The notes under the pieces: generated by a model | Databases searched by the model: none | What the model was told of the DNA's origin: nothing | Seen by the model: the letters and a program-made list of their open reading frames with translations, nothing else | Position numbers and translations under genes: made by a program | Shown here: positions 16,987 through 22,431 of the stretch, piece by piece | How positions within the stretch are numbered: the stretch's first letter is position 1 | How the letters are laid out: every line of letters starts with the position of its first letter | From: an uncultured Janthinobacterium sp. | GTDB lineage: Bacteria; Vulcanimicrobiota; Vulcanimicrobiia; Vulcanimicrobiales; Vulcanimicrobiaceae | Length of the DNA: 22,431 nucleotides | Direction: 5' to 3' | Assembly: GCA_964658025.1 (NCBI GenBank) | Contig: CAZZXB010000037.1 | Location: forward strand, 1 to 22,431

Positions 16987-17879
16987 ACGTCGTCCGCGAG
17001 GAAGCGTTCGAGTAACGCGTTGACGCGCTCGGGCGCGTCCTGTTGCGCCCAGTGCGAGACGCCGGGAAGATACGCGACGCGCAGGTCCGCGACGTATCGC
17101 TCCGTGCCGTAGGTCGTCTCTTTGCCGAGCGCCGTGTCTTCTTCACCCCAGACGACGAGCGTCGGCACGTCGATCTTCGCGAACCCACCGCGCGGGACGT
17201 CGAGGCCGAAGCGCGCCGCGGCGCGATACCACGCGAGCATCGCGGCGAGCGCCCCCGGGCGTGCCGCGGCGTCGCGATAGACGTCGATCGCCTCGCGCGA
17301 GAAGCGTTCGGGGTTCGCGGCGGTCTTGCGGAAGATCGCGCCGATCGCCGCGGCGCGATCGGCGCCGAGCGTGCGTTCGGGCAACCACGGGATCTGGAAG
17401 TAGAGCATGTACCACGAGCGGAGACGCTGGCGCCACGAAGTCCGCAAGACGCGCGCGAACACGGCCGGATGCGGCACGTTGACGATCGCGAGGCGCTCGA
17501 TCGGCCGCGGCCGCAACGTCGCGAAGACCCAAGCGACGGCCGCGCCCCAATCGTGGCCGACGAGGGTGACGCTCGTCGCGCCGGAGGCGTCGATGAGGCC
17601 CGCGACGTCGGCGACCAACTCGCGCATCCGATACTCGCGGATCGCCTTCGGTCGACTCGAATTGCCGTAGCCGCGCTGGTTCGGTGCCCAGACGCGATAG
17701 CCGAGCCGCACGAGTAACGGAATCTGATAGCGCCACGAGATCGCGTGTTCGGGGAAGCCGTGCAACAGCAGCGCGAGTCGATCGCCCGTTCCGGCGACGA
17801 GGACTTCGAAATCGCGTCCGTTCGCGCGAACCGTTCGGATTTCGATCGGGCATTCGAAGAGTGCCGCGATATCGCTCAC
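16971..17879 (-). CDS. Alpha/beta hydrolase, epoxide hydrolase-like
   Basis: LLHGFPE, RGYGNS, GHDWGA (Asp nucleophile), WGEEDTAL, SHWAQQD; GTGA overlap with the ABC-F stop. Confidence 0.92.
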   Translation of the reverse strand: MSDIAALFECPIEIRTVRANGRDFEVLVAGTGDRLALLLHGFPEHAISWRYQIPLLVRLGYRVWAPNQRGYGNSSRPKAIREYRMRELVADVAGLIDASGATSVTLVGHDWGAAVAWVFATLRPRPIERLAIVNVPHPAVFARVLRTSWRQRLRSWYMLYFQIPWLPERTLGADRAAAIGAIFRKTAANPERFSREAIDVYRDAAARPGALAAMLAWYRAAARFGLDVPRGGFAKIDVPTLVVWGEEDTALGKETTYGTERYVADLRVAYLPGVSHWAQQDAPERVNALLERFLADDVHAAE

Positions 17880-19831
17880 GCGAGCACGTTCTCGCGCGCG
17901 CTCGAGAGCGATTCCCATCGCTCGAACGCGGCTTCGACCGCCGCGCGGACCTCCGCGAGTTCGCGTTCGAGGACCGCGACGCGCTCGCGATCGTCGTAGA
18001 TCGCGGGATCGGCGAATTCGCGCTCGAGTCGCGCGCGTTCTTCGTCGAGACGGGCGACCTCGCGCTCGGCCGCGGCGACGGCGCGCGCGTTCCGATCGAT
18101 CGCCTGACGTCGCTCGCGTTCGCTTTTCGCGTTCGTTTCGACCGGGGGCGCCGGCGCGACGGGTTTCGCGGATTTCGCGGGCGTTTTCGTCGGCTTGGCC
18201 TCGACCGATTCGCCGCGTTCGAACGCTTCGTATCGCTCGTATCCGCCGTCGAGCATGGTCGCGCGTCCCCCGTCGAGCACGAGCACGCGTTCCGCGAGGC
18301 GTCGCAGCAGATAGCGATCGTGCGAGACGACGAGCATCGCGCCGCCGTACGACGCGAGCACCGCTTCGAGCGCTTCGCGGCTCGGAATGTCGAGATCGTT
18401 CGTCGGCTCGTCGAGGAAGAGCAGATCCGCGGCACGCGCCATCAAACGCGCGAGCATGATCCGCCGACGCTCGCCGCCGGAAAACGCTTCGACCGGTTTG
18501 TCGCCCGCGTCCCCGCCGAGTCCGAGCCGACCCAAGAGCGCGCGCGCCTCTTCCGGCACGATCGTCGCACCCTCGAGGACCGCGTCGACGGCCGTCGCTC
18601 CCGGCGCGAGATCGTCCGTCGTGTCTTGGGCGAAATACGCGGAGCGCACGCCCGTCGCGATCTCGACCGTGCCGTGCTCTGCGGCGCGACGGCCCGCGAG
18701 GACGTCGAGGAGCGTCGATTTGCCGGCACCGTTGGGACCGACGATCGCGATCCGCTCGCCGCGCTTCACCGTCATCGTGAGATGGTCGAACAGCGTCGTG
18801 TCGTACGATGCCGCGAGGTCGTGCGTTCGGAGGGCCACGCCGTTCGTCGCGCGCCGGACCGCTTCGAGCTTGACGTGGATCCGTTGTTGCGAGGTCTCCG
18901 GCGCCTCGACGCGATCGAGTTTGCCGAGTTGTTTCTCCCGACTGCGAACGTGCGAGTAATTGTGCGAGCCGTGCGTCTTGAGCTCCGCGATCACGGCCTT
19001 GCGCCGTCTCTCCTCGTCGCGGAAGCGTTCGTAATCGCGCATCGCCTGCTCGTGGCGCGCGGCCTTCTCTTCGAGATACGCGCCGTACGCACGCCCGCGC
19101 GGAACTTCGTACCGCTCGAGCGAGCCGCCGTCGAGCTCCCAGATCTCCGTCGCGACCCGATCGATGAACGTTCGATCGTGCGACACGACGAGTGCCGGAC
19201 GTCCGTCGGCGACGATGAACTCCTCGAGCCAGCGCACGGTCGCGAGATCGAGATGATTCGTCGGCTCGTCGAGGACCAACACGTCGGCGTCTTCCAATAA
19301 GAGCCGCGCGAGCGACGCGCGCGTGCGCTGGCCGCCGGAAAACGCGCTCGTCGGCCGATCGAGATCGCTCTCCTCGAATGCGAAAGCCGAGAGCATCGCA
19401 CGCATCCGTCGTTCGAGACTCGCGCCGTCGTGACGGTCGAAAACCTCGCGCGCGCTTCCGTACGCGTCGAGCGCGCGTTCCATCGTCTCGTCGTCGGCCG
19501 CTTCGGAGACCGCGGTTTCCAATTCTCGTAATCGGGCTTCTTGCTCGTGAATGCGAGCGAACGCGCGACCGAGAAGTTCGCGTAAGGTAATGCCGGCGTC
19601 CGCGTTGGCCGTCTGACTCAGATACCCGAGCCGCGCCTCACGTTTGCGAACGATCGTGCCGGAGTCGGGATGTTCCGATCCGACGACGATGCGTACGAGC
19701 GACGACTTTCCGGCGCCGTTGGGTCCCACGAGTCCGACGACCGTCGCGTCGCGTAGGACGCCGTCGAGGCCCGAGAAGATCGTCCGCGCACCGTACGACC
19801 GCTCGAGCCCCGAAAACCGCAACCACTCCAT
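17876..19831 (-). CDS. ABC-F family ribosome-associated ATPase
   Basis: Two ABC domains (GPNGAGKS twice, FSGGQ/FSGGE, LDEPTNHLD/LDEPTNDLD, VSHDR twice), no TM segments, C-terminal coiled coil. Confidence 0.95.
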   Translation of the reverse strand: MEWLRFSGLERSYGARTIFSGLDGVLRDATVVGLVGPNGAGKSSLVRIVVGSEHPDSGTIVRKREARLGYLSQTANADAGITLRELLGRAFARIHEQEARLRELETAVSEAADDETMERALDAYGSAREVFDRHDGASLERRMRAMLSAFAFEESDLDRPTSAFSGGQRTRASLARLLLEDADVLVLDEPTNHLDLATVRWLEEFIVADGRPALVVSHDRTFIDRVATEIWELDGGSLERYEVPRGRAYGAYLEEKAARHEQAMRDYERFRDEERRRKAVIAELKTHGSHNYSHVRSREKQLGKLDRVEAPETSQQRIHVKLEAVRRATNGVALRTHDLAASYDTTLFDHLTMTVKRGERIAIVGPNGAGKSTLLDVLAGRRAAEHGTVEIATGVRSAYFAQDTTDDLAPGATAVDAVLEGATIVPEEARALLGRLGLGGDAGDKPVEAFSGGERRRIMLARLMARAADLLFLDEPTNDLDIPSREALEAVLASYGGAMLVVSHDRYLLRRLAERVLVLDGGRATMLDGGYERYEAFERGESVEAKPTKTPAKSAKPVAPAPPVETNAKSERERRQAIDRNARAVAAAEREVARLDEERARLEREFADPAIYDDRERVAVLERELAEVRAAVEAAFERWESLSSARENVLA

Positions 19832-19874
19832 CGTGGCGGACGTTCGCGATAACGGCGCGATCGTCCGCCGACGA
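19831..19874 (-). promoter_or_regulatory. Hairpin covering the ABC-F initiation region
   Basis: On the + strand TCGT-GGCGGACG-T-TCGCG pairs with CGCGA-T-CGTCCGCC-G-ACGA (17 Watson-Crick pairs). Confidence 0.55.
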
Positions 19875-19881
19875 CCGGCGC

Positions 19882-20484
19882 CTAGTTCTGCGCGGTGTTG
19901 CCGCTCCAGCTGTCCTTCGTCATCTCCGCCGCGACGTCGGCCGCCGACATGCTCACGCTATGGCCGTCGATCGCGAGTTCCTTGAGGACGACTTGCGGGA
20001 TCTCGCGGCTGATCGCGACGATGATCGGCGCGTAGTCGTCGAGATGCCTCTTCGCGAGCATCGCGGTTTCGCGATCGCCGAGACCGAGCGCCGTCGCCTG
20101 CAACATCGTGTAGCTGATCGCGCTGAGGCCGAGCGCCGTGGAGTCGTCGCGCAGACTCTTCGAGACCTTCGTCGACCGCGCCGAATTGAGCGCCGCCGCG
20201 CCGCCGCCGACGAGCTGCGCCCACGCGGTCTTGATCCCGCCGACCGGGTCGCCGCCGAGCGCCGCGAGACGCGCTTCGAGGGCGGCGATATGCGCCTCTC
20301 CCGCCGTCTTGATCTTCGTCACGATTTGCGTCGCATCGACGAACCCGCGGTGATCGTCGGATTTGAGTTGGCCGTCGATCGGCGCGGCGATATGCTTTTC
20401 GAGGGCGAGCATGTCGCTCACGTACGTGGCGATCGTCTTCGAGGCTTCTTTGGTGGCGTTATCGGAGGGTTGACGTGTATCCAT
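19882..20484 (-). CDS. Hypothetical protein, probable ferritin-like (YciE/DUF892-like) bundle
   Basis: Helical pattern YVSDMLALEKH...HIAALEARLAALGG...SYTMLQATALGLGD resembles YciE/YciF helices. Confidence 0.6.
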   Translation of the reverse strand: MDTRQPSDNATKEASKTIATYVSDMLALEKHIAAPIDGQLKSDDHRGFVDATQIVTKIKTAGEAHIAALEARLAALGGDPVGGIKTAWAQLVGGGAAALNSARSTKVSKSLRDDSTALGLSAISYTMLQATALGLGDRETAMLAKRHLDDYAPIIVAISREIPQVVLKELAIDGHSVSMSAADVAAEMTKDSWSGNTAQN

Positions 20485-20491
20485 AGTGTCT

Positions 20492-20546
20492 GCGTTCCCG
20501 AGAAACGGCGGGCTAATCGCGCTCGCCCGTCCATCTCGGGGGACGC
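20492..20546. repeat. Imperfect intergenic inverted repeat
   Basis: GCGTTCCCGAGA / TCTCGGGGGACGC outer stem and ACGGCGGGC / GCTCGCCCGT inner stem. Confidence 0.5.
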
Positions 20547-20557
20547 GTCGGCCGCTC

Positions 20558-21337
20558 TCAGCGGAGGCGCAACACCGCGTCCAAGTAATCGACGGTCGCG
20601 ACGCCGGCGGGCGGCGCGGGGCCGGCGAGGACCGTGGCCGGGCGCTCGGCTTCGCCGAGATCGCTCAGCACCGCGGCGGCGCCCGCGAAATCCTCGTCCG
20701 TCGTGTACGAACTCACCGTCACGATCGTCGCGAGTCGCGCGGCGCGCGCGGCGCGTAAACCGTTCGCGGAGTCCTCGATCGCGATCGCGCGTGCGGGATC
20801 GAGACCCAGATGTTCGAGAACGTACGTGTAGATATCGGGAGCCGGTTTCTTGCGCGCGACGACGTCGCCCGCGCCGACGAACGCGAAGGCGCCCGCGAGT
20901 TCGGCGTGCGACGCGACGTAGGCTTCCACGCCGTCGAGCAAGGCCGTCGTCGCGATCGCGAGACGGACGTTCGCCGCGCGCGCCTCCGCGACGAGCCGCG
21001 CGATCCCCGGCCGTAACGGCAGTGCGGGCGCCAGGCGGGCGAACGCGCGCGCCTTCGTCGCGTGGATGCGCCGGACGAGATCGCCCGTATCCGTATCCGC
21101 GAGTTCGGGACGTTCGCGCGCGATATAGGCCGCCAGCCGCTCTTTTCCGCCGGCGATCGCGAGCCACGTTCCGTACGTCGGCACGTCCCACGACCACGGT
21201 AGCGCGAGTTCCGCGAAGGCCTCGTTGTACGCGCGACGATGGCCGTCGCGTTCGGTATCGGAGATCGTTCCGTCGAAATCGAAGATGATGGCTTCGAGTG
21301 CCCGTTCGTTCACAGAAACGTCGGTACGCCCCGTCAC
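20558..21337 (-). CDS. cbbY: CbbY-like HAD-superfamily phosphatase
   Basis: FDFDGTISDTERDGHRRAYNEAF, WSWD..YG..L.IAGGKERL, KKPAPDIY, IEDSANGL; GGAG 7 nt before GTG 21337 (alternative start 21313). Confidence 0.8.
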   Translation of the reverse strand: MTGRTDVSVNERALEAIIFDFDGTISDTERDGHRRAYNEAFAELALPWSWDVPTYGTWLAIAGGKERLAAYIARERPELADTDTGDLVRRIHATKARAFARLAPALPLRPGIARLVAEARAANVRLAIATTALLDGVEAYVASHAELAGAFAFVGAGDVVARKKPAPDIYTYVLEHLGLDPARAIAIEDSANGLRAARAARLATIVTVSSYTTDEDFAGAAAVLSDLGEAERPATVLAGPAPPAGVATVDYLDAVLRLR

Positions 21338-21375
21338 GGACGGGCTCCGCTCGGAAACGGCGCGAATGCCCGTGC

Positions 21376-22212
21376 ATGCTCGTCCCGTTCATTCTGGCAA
21401 TGCTGGCACCGGCGGTCGCGCCGACGCCCGCGCTGACGCCGGAGCGCCTGTTGATCCTCGTCCGCGCGAAGTTCCGCTCGCACCGTCCGCCGCCGCCGTT
21501 CGAGGTCTACACGATCGAGCGCAAACAGGTCACGTCGCAAGGCTACCCCGACTACGCGAACAGCTACACCGATAAACTATGGTGCCGTACCGTCGACCGC
21601 GCGTGTCTCAAACGCCGCGTCTACCGCAGCATCAACCGCGGCGAACTCGATTTCGAACGGCCCGCCTTCAACGAGGAGCGCGATCCCGGACCGCCGACGG
21701 CCGATCTCTTCGAACCCGCCCCGGCTCGGCCGCGACCGCCCGGCTTCGTTCCGACGCCCGAACCGGCGTTGCCCGCGCCCGGCGCCTCGCAACCGCCGCT
21801 TCTCGCGATCGTCCAATCGATCGGGCTGTTCGACTACCGCGTGATCTCGCTCAAGACCGAGGGGCCCCTCCTCCATTTCGTCTTGGAACCGACGCGCGAC
21901 CCCGATCGGAATCGCCTGCGCGAGATCTTCGCCGATCGCACGACTTACGAACTCGAGCGCGTGATCGCGACCGATAAGCTCTTCATCCTACCGGGCAAGG
22001 ACGTCTATCCCGTCACGTTCGACATCACGCTCGCGCTGTTGCACGGCACGCCCGTCGTGACGGACATCCACGGTATCGTCGGCGGCGGCTATCAAGACGA
22101 CGGCCAAGTCGTCGACTACTATTTTCGGAACATCGATTTTCCGACGACGCTCCCGGATTGGTATTTCGACAGCCGCAAATATGCGGGTCACGACGACGAC
22201 GCACCGATCTGA
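21376..22212 (+). CDS. Hypothetical secreted protein
   Basis: ATG 21376, hydrophobic signal-like N-terminus, Pro-rich linker, protein-like composition; no family recognised. Confidence 0.8.
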   Translation: MLVPFILAMLAPAVAPTPALTPERLLILVRAKFRSHRPPPPFEVYTIERKQVTSQGYPDYANSYTDKLWCRTVDRACLKRRVYRSINRGELDFERPAFNEERDPGPPTADLFEPAPARPRPPGFVPTPEPALPAPGASQPPLLAIVQSIGLFDYRVISLKTEGPLLHFVLEPTRDPDRNRLREIFADRTTYELERVIATDKLFILPGKDVYPVTFDITLALLHGTPVVTDIHGIVGGGYQDDGQVVDYYFRNIDFPTTLPDWYFDSRKYAGHDDDAPI

Positions 22213-22270
22213 TCGAAAGTCGTCGGCGCGGGTACGATACCGTCGTCACCACGTTTTCGAGGAGCCTTTT

Positions 22271-22431
22271 ATGACCGACGCAGAGCTCAAAGCCTTTCAC
22301 GGCAAGCCCGTACGCATCACGCTCGCCGACGGCCGTCTGCTCGCCGGCACGTTACACGCCGACGACGATCACGGCCACGGCCACACGCACTACGTCGTCG
22401 TGAGCGACCCGATCCGCGAGGGCGGTGCGCC
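22271..22431 (+). CDS. Small hypothetical protein with Sm/LSm-like N-terminus; 3'-truncated
   Basis: GAGGAG RBS and ATG 22271; MTDAELKAFHGKPVRITLADGRLLAGTLHADDDHGHGHTHYVVVSDPIREGGA; TACGAT -10-like hexamer at 22233. Absent from the ORF track. Confidence 0.7.
   Translation, partial: MTDAELKAFHGKPVRITLADGRLLAGTLHADDDHGHGHTHYVVVSDPIREGGA

Noticed and set aside
17876..19831. Antibiotic-resistance (ARE) ABC-F
   Set aside because: The C-terminal coiled coil and chromosomal context fit housekeeping Uup/YdiF-like proteins; no leader peptide seen, and the subfamily cannot be assigned without a phylogeny.
1..22431. CRISPR arrays, tRNA/rRNA, IS elements, prophage
   Set aside because: No spaced direct repeats, cloverleafs, transposase or integrase motifs, or compositional shift seen; all spacers are under 150 nt.

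Overview
High-GC (roughly 70% by eye), gene-dense bacterial chromosomal segment with about 22 protein-coding genes, two of them truncated by the window edges. I see no rRNA, tRNA, CRISPR array or mobile element. In order the genes encode: a GpdQ/CpdA-like phosphoesterase, aldo/keto reductase, DUF3810-like zinc peptidase, CoA-type Nudix hydrolase, acyltransferase-3, SGNH hydrolase, a coupled lipid kinase / PAP2 / APH-like kinase operon, DEAD-box RNA helicase, DUF5069-like protein, AAA-LuxR regulator, YfcE-like phosphoesterase, S53 (kumamolisin-like) peptidase, two tandem transglutaminase-like proteins, alpha/beta hydrolase, ABC-F ATPase, ferritin-like protein, CbbY-like HAD phosphatase, a secreted hypothetical and a partial Sm-like small protein. 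Sequence style and gene content suggest an Eremiobacterota-like soil bacterium (inference only). The most notable signal is at the helicase: its conserved N-terminus cannot be reached from any ATG/GTG/TTG, implying a non-canonical (probably ATC) start, and that start lies inside a leader hairpin. Several other intergenic spacers also fold into long hairpins, including one covering the ABC-F start.
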